Below, one piece after another: positions 1-9,282 of a stretch of DNA of 54,551 bases (its first letter is position 1; each line of letters opens with the position of its first letter). The stretch covers positions 1-54,551 of the forward strand of contig JALTLO010000066.1 of the NCBI GenBank assembly GCA_027001995.1, in the 5' to 3' direction. The notes below the pieces were generated by a model that was not told the DNA's origin, made no database searches, and saw nothing but the letters and a program-made list of their open reading frames with translations. The translations under genes and the position numbers were made by a program. Source of the stretch: Planctomycetota bacterium (GTDB lineage: Bacteria; Planctomycetota; GCA-002687715; DRQF01).

Positions 1-2
1 GC

Positions 3-2141
3 ACTCAAGTTGAGCGGTATGATGCCACAACAGATGTCTGGTCTGTTCTGGCTCCCTTGCCTGTACCTGTGGCTGATGCTTGTGCGGCTTATGATGGGGT
101 CGGTTATATCTTCGTTTTTGGCGGCTATGACAGCGCCGGTCTAAGAACGGCCAATGTGTCACGTTATGACATCGCGACGAACACTTGGTCAGATACGATC
201 GTCCCTGACATGCCTTTTCCGCGTAATGGGGCGGGGGCGGTTTTGGGTGCTGATGGCCGTATCTATGTCATCGGTGGCTCGGACGGGGCACCGACCAACA
301 CAACTTTCATCTTAGATCCCAGTTCTTTGACTTGGTCAACTGGTCCTACTCTTGCCGTTGCCCGTGATCACTTCGCTTCCGTTCTTCGGGACAGCGGCGA
401 AATCTTCGTCATGGGAGGCTCAACCACAAATACAGTGGAGAGCCTCTTCACTCCTACTTGTCCAACGATCACGAAACAACCCACCCATGCCCAGGGATTC
501 TTGGGAGCCAGTATTGGTTTTGATGTTGCCGTCGATGGTACCGCTCCGTTCACCTATCAATGGTATCGCGACGGCAACGCTTTGGTGGATGGTCCCACCG
601 GGACGGGTAGTGTCATTGTTGGTGCGACTACCGCTGGAGTGGGTGTTCAGTCTCCCGGGTTACTCGATTTGGGTACTTACCACTGCGTTATCAGCAACGC
701 CTGCGGGTCCACCCAGAGTCTTCCCGAAACTGCTACCTTGAATTTACCAACACAAATCCCCGCCACCTTTGTAGCGACCAATTTGCATCCTGCAGGCCAC
801 CTGTCTTCCTCTGCGAATTCCGTGGACGGTGGGATTATAGGCGGGTCCGCGAAGTACACGCATCCAACCTACGGACAACTGAGCCGTCCATTCAAATGGG
901 ACGCGATCGGTGGTGCTGGGGTGAACATCACCCCAGCGAATTCTGTGGGTGGTGAGATTGTGGATGTGAAGAACGGTGTTTTGTCTGGTTGGTGGTGGTG
1001 GCCGTACACCGTCCCCCAAGGCACAGGATACTACCGTCACGCCAGCGTTTGGGAAAACAACGGCACGTCCCACATAGATGTTCAACTCTCTGGCTGGGAA
1101 ATCGGAACCGTTTTTGCCTCCGACGGTCAACACCACGTCGGCAATTGCGTTTCCTCCGACGACTACCCCTCCCAATCTGGAGCTTTCTACTGGACCATTT
1201 CCAACAACGGACCATTCCGTATTGACCCAGTTGGCCACACAAGTACATCCGTTCAAGCGATCGAAAATGGTTGGGAATATGGCACGTCTGGCACGAGCTT
1301 CAATTCTCTGCATGCCGGAAAGTGGATGGGAGCTACCAAGAACTTTGTTGACATGAATCCGCCCCTCGCCAGCAAGAGTTCCATTGTTGGTGCCGGTGAC
1401 GGCCAGCAAGTGGGAACCGCGACTTTCAATGGCGTGGTGCAAGGTGGCTATTGGAGCGACAGTGCTGGCAGTTTTGTCTCCCTTGTTCCCGCTCTTGGGG
1501 GTAGTGTCACAGTGAATGATACGGAAGGAGGGCTTCAGGTCGGCGTGCTCGATGGGGCGGCCACCATTTGGAGCGGAACACGGGATTCTGCATTTGATCT
1601 TCATCAATTCCTGCCGCCAGAATTCACCGTTTCGATCGCTAAAGGCGTTGACGTGGCTGCTGACGGCACTGTGACGATCGTTGGTTTCGGATTTAACAGC
1701 ACTACAGCGCGCTTTGAAGCTCTCAAGTGGCAAGGAGCACTTCCTCTCTTGACCCAAGACGTAACAACGATTTCTGCCATGGCAGGAGGGGTTTTTCACC
1801 AGTATGTGAATGGCGACCCCACTTGGGCTGGGCGCGTTTATGCCATTGTTGGTTCCGTAAGTGGTTCCGTCCCAGGAGTCTTGATCGGGAATTCCCAGCT
1901 CTTGCCCCTCAATCCGGACTTCTATTTGGACTACATGATCAACACGCCCAATGATTGGATTTTGCCGTCATTTGCCTATTTGGATGGGGCAGGAAGAGCT
2001 TTGGCTACCGGGACCTTGCCAGCCGGCGCTCTCTATGTTGCGGGACAGGTCACGCTTCATCATGCGGTGGTCATTCTCACCGCAGACGGAAGTGGATTCG
2101 AAGCGATTAGTGATGCAGTTCCCATGATTATCACCCAGTAG
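3..2141 (+). CDS. Secreted modular protein (Kelch repeats + Ig-like domain + beta-repeat region + C-terminal domain); 5'-partial
   Basis: Frame is open to the window edge (TQVERYDATTDVWSVLAPLP...). Kelch motifs IFVFGG, IYVIGG, IFVMGG; Ig I-set-like TAPFTYQWYRDG...GTYHCVISNACG. Confidence 0.8.
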   Translation, partial: TQVERYDATTDVWSVLAPLPVPVADACAAYDGVGYIFVFGGYDSAGLRTANVSRYDIATNTWSDTIVPDMPFPRNGAGAVLGADGRIYVIGGSDGAPTNTTFILDPSSLTWSTGPTLAVARDHFASVLRDSGEIFVMGGSTTNTVESLFTPTCPTITKQPTHAQGFLGASIGFDVAVDGTAPFTYQWYRDGNALVDGPTGTGSVIVGATTAGVGVQSPGLLDLGTYHCVISNACGSTQSLPETATLNLPTQIPATFVATNLHPAGHLSSSANSVDGGIIGGSAKYTHPTYGQLSRPFKWDAIGGAGVNITPANSVGGEIVDVKNGVLSGWWWWPYTVPQGTGYYRHASVWENNGTSHIDVQLSGWEIGTVFASDGQHHVGNCVSSDDYPSQSGAFYWTISNNGPFRIDPVGHTSTSVQAIENGWEYGTSGTSFNSLHAGKWMGATKNFVDMNPPLASKSSIVGAGDGQQVGTATFNGVVQGGYWSDSAGSFVSLVPALGGSVTVNDTEGGLQVGVLDGAATIWSGTRDSAFDLHQFLPPEFTVSIAKGVDVAADGTVTIVGFGFNSTTARFEALKWQGALPLLTQDVTTISAMAGGVFHQYVNGDPTWAGRVYAIVGSVSGSVPGVLIGNSQLLPLNPDFYLDYMINTPNDWILPSFAYLDGAGRALATGTLPAGALYVAGQVTLHHAVVILTADGSGFEAISDAVPMIITQ

Positions 2142-2164
2142 TCTTCAGAAGTCGAATATGACAT

Positions 2165-2198
2165 GGGCCGCCATTTGTTGCTAGACGAATGGCGGCCC
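2165..2198. terminator. GC-rich hairpin between convergent genes, probable bidirectional terminator
   Basis: GGGCCGCCATTTGT...ACGAATGGCGGCCC inverted repeat. Confidence 0.65.
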
Positions 2199-2225
2199 TA
2201 CTTATTCTGTCACAGGTGTGAGAGT

Positions 2226-5200
2226 CTAATTGTAGGCGATACCCTGCTTGCCAAGAATGTTCTCTAAACCACCGATGAGTCTCGGGCTTGGCTCGACTTT
2301 GAAGGACGCCCCTGCTTGCACACAGACTTTGCCGAAGCGATCGGTTTGCAGCTCGAATGCCACAGGGATGCGTCCAGGGTTGTCTTTGATCATCCGTTTG
2401 ATGGCGACAATCTGAAGGTCCAAACTCTCCCCTTCGTCGGCATCGATGTGCAGTGTGAGACGGCGGGTGAGTTCACTCTTGGCATCTTCAATGGAGATGA
2501 CTTCATTCACCTTCAGGTTGGGTTCATTGCGCGATGTGTCGACCTCCCCTTTGAAGAAAACGATGGCATCGCTTGAGATTTTGTCGGCTACATCCTGATA
2601 GACGGAGGCAAAGATCACACAGTCAATGGAACCACTGAAATCCTCCAGCTTGACAAAGGCCATACGCTTACCTTCCCACTTGCCCCTTTTGGTCAGCATG
2701 AGACGAACAGAGCGGATGATCCCGCCGACGATGACCTCTTTTTTGCCATGGGCGTGGGCTAACCCTTTGATGTCCGAGTTTGAAAATTGTTTCATCGCTT
2801 GCCGGTGGGCATTGAGGGGATGTCCCGATAAATAGAATCCTAGGGCCCCTTTTTCCAAGAGCAGGCGTTCAGACTCGGGGAGTTCCGGTATGTCTGGTAA
2901 GGTGGAAACCCCTGCTTGCTTAGCGACTTCTTCTAATTCTTCCATACCGAAGAGACCAAGTTGTCCACTTCTCAGATCACTTTGGGCGCTGGATCCAGTT
3001 TTCAGGGCATCTTCCATGATGGCAAGCTTTTGGGCTCTATTCCCTTCGAGACCGTCTAAGGCTCCGGCGTGAATCATAGCCTCCAGGAAACCTTTGTTCA
3101 TGACGCGGGTGTCAACGCGCTCGCAGAGATCATAGAGGGAGGTATAGTCTTTCCCTGATTCGTCTCGCGTTTTACTCAGCAAATCAACTGGAGGTTGACC
3201 AGCTCCGCGGACAGCACCTAAGGCGTAGCGAATCTTGCCATCTTCGACGTTGAATTCGTAATAGCTGCGGTTGATATCGGGGGGTAAGATTTCGATGCCC
3301 ATGACGCCGCATTCTTCGATGTAGTCGACAGTCTTGTCGATGGTGATCATTTCACAGGTGAGAAGAGCAGCCATGTACTCAGTGGGGTAATTCGCTTTCA
3401 ACCAAGCTGTCTGATACGTCACCATGGCATAAGCAGCGGAGTGGCTCTTGTTAAAGCCATAGCCAGCGAAATACTCGATTTGCTCCCAGGTCTCCGTAGC
3501 GATTTCGGCGGGAATCCCGTTTTCGCCAGCCCCATCCACGAACTGTTGCTTGAATTTCGCCAAGATTTCTGGCTTCTTCTTGCCCATGGCCTTGCGTAGA
3601 GCATCGGCTTGGTTCAAAGAGAAGCCAGCCAAGGACGCGGCGATACGCATGACTTGCTCTTGGTAGAGGATAACCCCGTTCGACTCTTTGAGAATAGGTT
3701 CGAGGGTGGGGTGGAGGTACTCGATGGCCTCCTCGCCATGCTTGCGCTTGCAATACATCTCGTGCATTCCAGAGCCCAAAGGTCCTGGACGGTAGAGAGC
3801 TAAGATAGCGATGACGTCGTCAAAGCAATCGGCGCAGAGCTTCTTGAGCAGCTCGCGCATGCCGCTGGATTCCAACTGGAAAACACCGATTGTGTCGGAA
3901 CGTTGGAAGAGATCGAATGTCTTTTGATCTTCCAAACAGATCTTTTCGATGTCGATGTCAATGCCGGTGGTTTTCTTGATGTTCTTGACAGCTTTGTCAA
4001 TGATGGTGAGAGTTCGAAGACCCAAGAAATCCATCTTGAGCAGTCCGATCTCTTCACAGACATCCATGGGCCATTGGGTGGTGACGGTGTCGCCGTTCTT
4101 ATAGAGTGGAACACGGTCGGTGAGTGGTGCATCCGTGATGATGACGCCGGCGGCATGGACGGAACAATGTCGCGCCGCTCCCTCGAGTTTGAGAGCGACA
4201 TTAAAGAGGTCTCGGTTTTCGTCGTTTGATTCCCGCAGTTGCCTGAGCTCGTCGTCATCTTCTAAGGACTTAGGCAAGGTAATGCCGGGCCCGCTGGGAA
4301 TCTTCTTACAAATTGTGTCCACTTCTGACAGAGGGACGTCCAAAGCGCGCCCAACGTCGCGGATAACACCCTTGGCTGCCATGGTTCCGAAAGTGATGAT
4401 TTGGCAGACGTTGTCACGACCGTACTTTTGCCCCACATATTCGATTACTTTTTCTCGTCCGTCCTTGCAAAAGTCAATGTCAATATCGGGCATCGAAATA
4501 CGTTCTGCGTTGAGAAATCGTTCGAATAAAAGGTCGTACTTGAGGGGGTCGATACGGGTGATACCCATAGAGTAAGCGACAATGGAGCCAGCAGCGGATC
4601 CCCGGCCTGGTCCTACAGGAATTCCATTTTCACGGGCATAGCGAATGAAGTCCCAAGTGATGAGGAAGTAGTCAACAAACCCCATCTTGATGATGATGCC
4701 CATTTCGTAGAGAAGACGCTCTTCCACTTTGTCGCTGGGGTTGGGGTAGAGCTCGGCAATGCCCTTGCGGCAAAGATGCTCAAAGAATTCTTCGCTGGTG
4801 TAACCTTCTGGCGTGTCAAATTTGGGCAGGAAGCGATTGTTGAAGTTGAGCTCGACGTTGCATCGATCGGCAATGACCATGGTGTTTTCGATGGCCGACA
4901 TCTGGTTGGGAAAAAGAGAGGCCATCTCGTTCCCACTACGAAGATAAAGATCTCGGGAACCCATCTTGAAGCGATTCGTGTCGCTACGCAGTTTGCCTGT
5001 GCCGATGCATAGCATGACATCTTGAGCCTCGTAGTCTGCTTGATGAACGTAGTGAACATCGTTGGTAGCCACAAGTTGGGTATTCGTTCGTTCCGCCAAT
5101 TCGATGAGCTTGATATTGGCTTCGATCTGAATGTCGATGCCGTTTTCCATCAATTCGATGTAGTAGTTTTCTTGGCCGAAAAGGTCTTTGTAGTTTCCGA

Positions 5201-5684
5201 TTAGGTTTTCAGCAGCTTGTATGCCGTCTGTGCGAATCGTTTGAATCAACTCGCCACCCAAACAACCAGAGAGACACATGAGACCATCGCCATATTCTTC
5301 TAAGAGAGCTTTGTCTAAGCGAGGTCGGTAATAGAAACCTTCTGTGTATGCTGCACTGGAGATCTTGATGAGATTTCCGAAGCCAGCGTTATTGCGAGCC
5401 AAGAGTGTGACGTGATAGTTGTTCTTTCCGGATTTGACTTTCTTTCGATCGTGGCGGCTATCCTGGGCCATGTAGCCTTCCATGCCGATGATAGGCTTGA
5501 TGCCGTGTTTCTTGGCATGTTTGACGAAACTGATGGCTCCGAAGAGATTGCCGTGGTCGGTGAGGGCGATACTTTTTTGCCCTATTTCGACGGCTCGTTT
5601 CATGAGGTCATCGAAGCGACAGTTTCCATCCAGGAGTGAATAATCGCTATGGACGTGAAGGTGGGCGAAGTCGATATCAGTCAT
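2226..5684 (-). CDS. dnaE: DNA polymerase III alpha subunit
   Basis: PHP motif HLHVHSDYSLLDG, GPGRGSAAGS, catalytic PDIDIDF, YGFNKSH, C-terminal OB fold; ATG at 5684 preferred over TTG at 5693. Confidence 0.98.
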   Translation of the reverse strand: MTDIDFAHLHVHSDYSLLDGNCRFDDLMKRAVEIGQKSIALTDHGNLFGAISFVKHAKKHGIKPIIGMEGYMAQDSRHDRKKVKSGKNNYHVTLLARNNAGFGNLIKISSAAYTEGFYYRPRLDKALLEEYGDGLMCLSGCLGGELIQTIRTDGIQAAENLIGNYKDLFGQENYYIELMENGIDIQIEANIKLIELAERTNTQLVATNDVHYVHQADYEAQDVMLCIGTGKLRSDTNRFKMGSRDLYLRSGNEMASLFPNQMSAIENTMVIADRCNVELNFNNRFLPKFDTPEGYTSEEFFEHLCRKGIAELYPNPSDKVEERLLYEMGIIIKMGFVDYFLITWDFIRYARENGIPVGPGRGSAAGSIVAYSMGITRIDPLKYDLLFERFLNAERISMPDIDIDFCKDGREKVIEYVGQKYGRDNVCQIITFGTMAAKGVIRDVGRALDVPLSEVDTICKKIPSGPGITLPKSLEDDDELRQLRESNDENRDLFNVALKLEGAARHCSVHAAGVIITDAPLTDRVPLYKNGDTVTTQWPMDVCEEIGLLKMDFLGLRTLTIIDKAVKNIKKTTGIDIDIEKICLEDQKTFDLFQRSDTIGVFQLESSGMRELLKKLCADCFDDVIAILALYRPGPLGSGMHEMYCKRKHGEEAIEYLHPTLEPILKESNGVILYQEQVMRIAASLAGFSLNQADALRKAMGKKKPEILAKFKQQFVDGAGENGIPAEIATETWEQIEYFAGYGFNKSHSAAYAMVTYQTAWLKANYPTEYMAALLTCEMITIDKTVDYIEECGVMGIEILPPDINRSYYEFNVEDGKIRYALGAVRGAGQPPVDLLSKTRDESGKDYTSLYDLCERVDTRVMNKGFLEAMIHAGALDGLEGNRAQKLAIMEDALKTGSSAQSDLRSGQLGLFGMEELEEVAKQAGVSTLPDIPELPESERLLLEKGALGFYLSGHPLNAHRQAMKQFSNSDIKGLAHAHGKKEVIVGGIIRSVRLMLTKRGKWEGKRMAFVKLEDFSGSIDCVIFASVYQDVADKISSDAIVFFKGEVDTSRNEPNLKVNEVISIEDAKSELTRRLTLHIDADEGESLDLQIVAIKRMIKDNPGRIPVAFELQTDRFGKVCVQAGASFKVEPSPRLIGGLENILGKQGIAYN

Positions 5685-5754
5685 GGGACTCAAAATCCTG
5701 GATTCAAGAGGTTTGGCTATGGTGATGGTCGGTTAGAGCATCTCCCATGGCACC

Positions 5755-5783
5755 ACTATAGTCGTTTCGGCGTGGAGCGTAAA
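5755..5783 (-). promoter_or_regulatory. Putative sigma70 promoter of dnaE
   Basis: Minus strand TTTACG-N17-TATAGT. Confidence 0.5.
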
Positions 5784-6054
5784 AGGACGGGGGCGAAAGC
5801 CGCCCCCGCCGATGATCAAGTTCGCCTCATGTGCTTTTGAGTCGTGCGGTTACGTCGCATTGGGATCGGTTTCAAAAGGACACGAAAACTATGGCTTGAC
5901 CATCCACTCTCTCGGCTCGAAGCCTATTCCCACAGAGGGACAATTTGACTTCCGACGAAGAAGGTCCCAGTCCTTTGGAATCGTTGGTTCAGAGATGCTG
6001 AATTTGCTATTTTGCTCAACGGACGTTCACACTACTTTGGGTCAGGACAACCAC

Positions 6055-7083
6055 ATGAAGTACACCCTCATCGGTTTCATTTTCTTCGTTTTTCTTTGCG
6101 GCTTTTCTGCTTGTGGGAGCGACTCCGGGCGTGCTCCTCGCGATACGTCTGCTGATCGCAACCAGAGAGGCAATGAGAATAACCGCCCAAGTGGGTCTGG
6201 GCTCTGGGACATGCTGGCTCGTTCTGAGGAAGACAAAGCCCAGCGAAAGGCCAACGAAAAAGCCCGAGAGGTGCGACTCCAGGCCCAACTGCAAAAGGGG
6301 ATGGCCCAACTTCCTGTGGAGCAACGCAACAATATGGTTCGTTGGTGGCAGGAGTTCATTCGTTTGCAGCCAGCATGGATTGAGCATCGTCATCTTTGGC
6401 GGGCTTATGGCCAAGGGGCCCGTGAGATCCTGGCGGAGAATCTCATTATCGCCATGGTGCGTGCTTTCGAAAAAAACAATGGTCCCATCTACAAACGGGC
6501 CCGTTCCGAGCTCTTTGACCTCAAAGAAGAGGCCACCCCTTATCTTGTGGCTGGCTTGGCTGATGGGCGTGGGGATGCAGTGACCCGCAAGCACTGTGTT
6601 GAGATGTTGGGCTGGTACGGTGGAAGTGCGGTTGAGAAAATCGATGAAGCCTACGGCGATGCGGGGCGTGATGCCCGTCTTGACTTGCTGCGTGCGATCA
6701 AAGCTATGGGACCAGCCGGTGCGCCCCAGTCGATCCCTTTTCTTCGCAACGCCCTCAATCGGGAAGACGACTATCGTCTGCGCTTGACAGCTATTCAGGC
6801 CTTAGGTGCCAGCGAAGATCCTCGTAGTATCCCGCTGTTGATAGAGTGCCTGAAAGATCGCGACCTTTCGATTCGTAAGTTCGGCGCTGGGACCTTGAGC
6901 CACTTCAAGACGGATGCGGCCATTCTGGCTCTCATCGAATTGCTCGAAAGAAGCGAAAGAAACGTCCTTCCCGAAAACAGAGAAGGCGAAGTTGTTCAAA
7001 ACTGTATACACGCCCTGCGGGCCATGACTGGCCAGTCATTTCGGCGGGGCGCACAATGGAGACGCTGGTGGAACCGAAGGTAA
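6055..7083 (+). CDS. HEAT-repeat (PBS lyase-like) lipoprotein
   Basis: MKYTLIGFIFFVFLCGFSAC signal with lipobox after AGGA; HEAT repeats LRLTAIQALG, SIPLLIECLKD, IRKFGAGTL. Confidence 0.75.
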   Translation: MKYTLIGFIFFVFLCGFSACGSDSGRAPRDTSADRNQRGNENNRPSGSGLWDMLARSEEDKAQRKANEKAREVRLQAQLQKGMAQLPVEQRNNMVRWWQEFIRLQPAWIEHRHLWRAYGQGAREILAENLIIAMVRAFEKNNGPIYKRARSELFDLKEEATPYLVAGLADGRGDAVTRKHCVEMLGWYGGSAVEKIDEAYGDAGRDARLDLLRAIKAMGPAGAPQSIPFLRNALNREDDYRLRLTAIQALGASEDPRSIPLLIECLKDRDLSIRKFGAGTLSHFKTDAAILALIELLERSERNVLPENREGEVVQNCIHALRAMTGQSFRRGAQWRRWWNRR

Positions 7084-7694
7084 GCAAAGCTGTCGATTGG
7101 GAGTTAGCTCTCAAGAAACCTGGGACAACCTGTTGTATCACAGGGGTCACATTCGAAGTTGGTGACGACTACGTCAGCTTTATTCGCTATGACGACGAGG
7201 AAGGCTGGGGACGCGCGGATATTTCTCCCGAAGCGTTTGATGCCTTGGAAGAGAAGCCTTTTGCCTACTGGCGAGCGAAGGTTGCCGCTCCTGAAGCCAA
7301 GAAAGCCCGGCCTCTTGACCTAAATTTCTTGACTGAGTTCTTTGTTCGTTTGCAGGACCAAAAAGACGTGACAGAACATCGCGAGGTGGGGTACATTGTC
7401 ACCTTGTTGTTGGTGCGCAAGAAGGTCTTGAAGCAATTGGGTTTGGTGGTCGAAGACGAAGCCGAGTTTCTTGAAGTTCGTTTCACCAAAGAAAAAGAAG
7501 GCCCCACCTATCGCGTTCCTGTGCCCGAGATCAATGCAGAAAAGATGGAGATCATCCGTGATGATCTGGGACGCATCTTCAACCTCGATGATGGTGCTTC
7601 ACCTAAGAAGGATGAGAACCGCCCCGGGGAGGCCGACGAACTTGATGCCATGATGGCCGAAGAGGATGAAGAAGAAAAGAGTTCTGCTTCTTGA
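7056..7694 (+). CDS. Conserved hypothetical protein (resembles a PVC-type family), acidic tail
   Basis: Overlaps the upstream gene; C..TG..F..G..Y.S, R.D.S.EA, F.YW and LLL.RKK.L pattern; exact start uncertain. Confidence 0.65.
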   Translation: METLVEPKVSKAVDWELALKKPGTTCCITGVTFEVGDDYVSFIRYDDEEGWGRADISPEAFDALEEKPFAYWRAKVAAPEAKKARPLDLNFLTEFFVRLQDQKDVTEHREVGYIVTLLLVRKKVLKQLGLVVEDEAEFLEVRFTKEKEGPTYRVPVPEINAEKMEIIRDDLGRIFNLDDGASPKKDENRPGEADELDAMMAEEDEEEKSSAS

Positions 7695-7721
7695 GCGTGA
7701 TCTGTCATTGATCCCAACTAG

Positions 7722-7989
7722 CCCGAATAATTCACAACCTCGCGGCCGCCAGGAGCGGCATAGCGTCCGTACTCTGCATCAGTCGCCCCTCACGACCACG
7801 TGGTCGCATTAACTAGAAGAAGATCTCACAGATGACCCACGTGAGGTCGCAATCCTGGTTATGATTACGAACACTCTGCCACCCCTGGCTATGGTGTGTT
7901 TCGAAGAGAAGTCTTAAGAATTATTGTGCTGAGCTTTCTTTGCGGAGCATTTTCTTGCACAACGACCACGATCTCATGAATTAGTCGGG
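7722..7989. mobile_element. 268-bp MITE-like element, copy 1
   Basis: Ungapped match to 37933-38200 (31 mismatches by hand count); imperfect TIRs CCCGAATAATTCA.../...TGAATTAGTCGGG; flanks CTAG/CCAG. Confidence 0.85.
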
Positions 7990-8020
7990 CCAGCTCATCA
8001 ATTGAATGAGATGAATTTCG

Positions 8021-8058
8021 GAAACCGCCTCCTGAAAAGGAAGGCGGTTTCTTCTTTT
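8021..8058. terminator. Intrinsic terminator between convergent genes
   Basis: GAAACCGCCTCCT-GAAA-AGGAAGGCGGTTTC followed by TTCTTTT. Confidence 0.75.
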
Positions 8059-8719
8059 AGAGTTTCGGCCCGAAGCAAAGGTCGCCGGCGTCGCCCAAGC
8101 CGGGGACGATATAACCATCGCCATTGAGTTCTTCGTCGCAGGTGACGTACCAAATTTCTGCGTTCTTGATGTGGGCTTTGATGCGGTCATAGGCACCTCG
8201 CCATCCCACCAAACCTGCCACGATGAAACGGCGGGGTTCTTGATCGCGATCCAAGAGCCGCTGGTAAATGTCAATAATGGTAGACCCGGTGGCCACCATG
8301 GGGTCCACGAAGATGACGTCTCGTCCCCCACAATTCGTGAGAGCCTCATATCCCAAGTTAATCTTGATGCCACCGGAGGCATCGAGGGCGGAGCCTTCTG
8401 CCCGAGCGGCCCCAAAGAACATGGTGTCGCTCTGGCCAAAGATTTCCAGCATACCGTCGAGAAAGGGGATCCCAGCGCGGAGGGCAGTCGCCAAAATTGG
8501 CGATTCTACCAGGGTGTCTACGAGTTTGGTTCCCAAAGGCGTCGGGATCTCGACCTTCTTTCCCTCAAGGCTCTTGGCAATCTCGTAAGCCAGGAGAGTC
8601 CCTGTCATAGACATGTTACGGCGAAAAGTTTGGCGGTCTTGTTGGAGATCGACGTGCCTGAGTTGGCTCAAGAGAGGGCCCAAAGCAGGATTTCCATTTT
8701 GATCTAGGATGTTCAGCAT
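8057..8719 (-). CDS. upp: Uracil phosphoribosyltransferase
   Basis: LRAG, PRPP-binding VIFVDPMVATGST, C-terminal YIVPGLGDAGD. Confidence 0.96.
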   Translation of the reverse strand: MLNILDQNGNPALGPLLSQLRHVDLQQDRQTFRRNMSMTGTLLAYEIAKSLEGKKVEIPTPLGTKLVDTLVESPILATALRAGIPFLDGMLEIFGQSDTMFFGAARAEGSALDASGGIKINLGYEALTNCGGRDVIFVDPMVATGSTIIDIYQRLLDRDQEPRRFIVAGLVGWRGAYDRIKAHIKNAEIWYVTCDEELNGDGYIVPGLGDAGDLCFGPKL

Positions 8720-8731
8720 GGTCGGATCTTA
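8720..8731 (-). promoter_or_regulatory. -10 element 6 nt before the upp start (leaderless-type)
   Basis: Minus strand TAAGAT-CCGACC-ATG, no Shine-Dalgarno. Confidence 0.5.
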
Positions 8732-9026
8732 AGGCTCTCAATCAAATTTGGCTACGGAGTGGGGACGTGGGGCGAGGAAATCCGGACAATAAATCCGCCT
8801 TCCAAATAAAAGTCAAAGAATAATTTGAGCGTTTGCACAGGTTGGCCCCCACGATCTTGGGGTTTTGAGTCTGGGGAACCCTTTTATCTGGTGTATTGCC
8901 CAGAACTTGGGGAATTCCTGTTTGAGTTGTTGGGGATTCGAACTGGACACTGCTGAAAGTCAGGTGTAGATTTGTGGGTGTCCAGGGGGATCAGTGTCGA
9001 TGAGGGTCGATCTGATGTCAAAATGC

Positions 9027-9256
9027 TTGAAAATTGAAAATGGGTGGACTGTGGTGGTTTCACCCCGAGTGGAGGAAAGATCGGGAAGTTGGTTAACGCC
9101 GGCTCCTGGGACTGTCTTTTGACAGCGGAACCTGAAGGCTTCCGATTCCTTGATTCTGAAACAAGCGCCAGCCGGAGGGTTGGACCTGGTGTCTCAATCT
9201 GGGAACCCATGTGAGAGTGGGAGCCCTGTTGGGGAGAAAAGGTGGTCAAGTGGTGG
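9027..9256 (+). promoter_or_regulatory. Probable dcw promoter region with candidate MraZ boxes
   Basis: TTGAAA hexamers followed by clustered GTGG/TGGG repeats (GGTGG at 9043 and 9053, more at 9217-9256); MraZ is known to bind GTGG-type direct repeats. Confidence 0.35.
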
Positions 9257-9282
9257 CTGCCGATTTGAGGAGTGATGAGTCG

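Noticed and set aside
744-1799. 351-aa minus-strand ORF, and similar long antisense ORFs (12023-13126, 35707-36474, 39118-39918, 50748-51509)
   Set aside because: They lie entirely or largely opposite well-supported genes and have no recognisable motifs; shadow ORFs
2226-5684. Possible intein or split in dnaE
   Set aside because: Normal length, continuous motifs, no intein splice signatures seen
5788-5808. CGGGGGCG-AAAGC-CGCCCCCG hairpin between divergent genes
   Set aside because: Single short hairpin with no U-tract or second copy noticed; function cannot be supported
5812-6054. Upstream extensions in the ORF track (5812, 9211, 14462, 19478, 25872, 42594, 45038, 46787)
   Set aside because: Downstream starts fit RBS, signal peptides, ATGA overlaps or family N-termini better
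7722-7989. Repeat considered as a CRISPR array, tRNA or riboswitch
   Set aside because: No repeat-spacer periodicity, cloverleaf or recognisable aptamer; TIRs plus 4-bp flanks fit a MITE better
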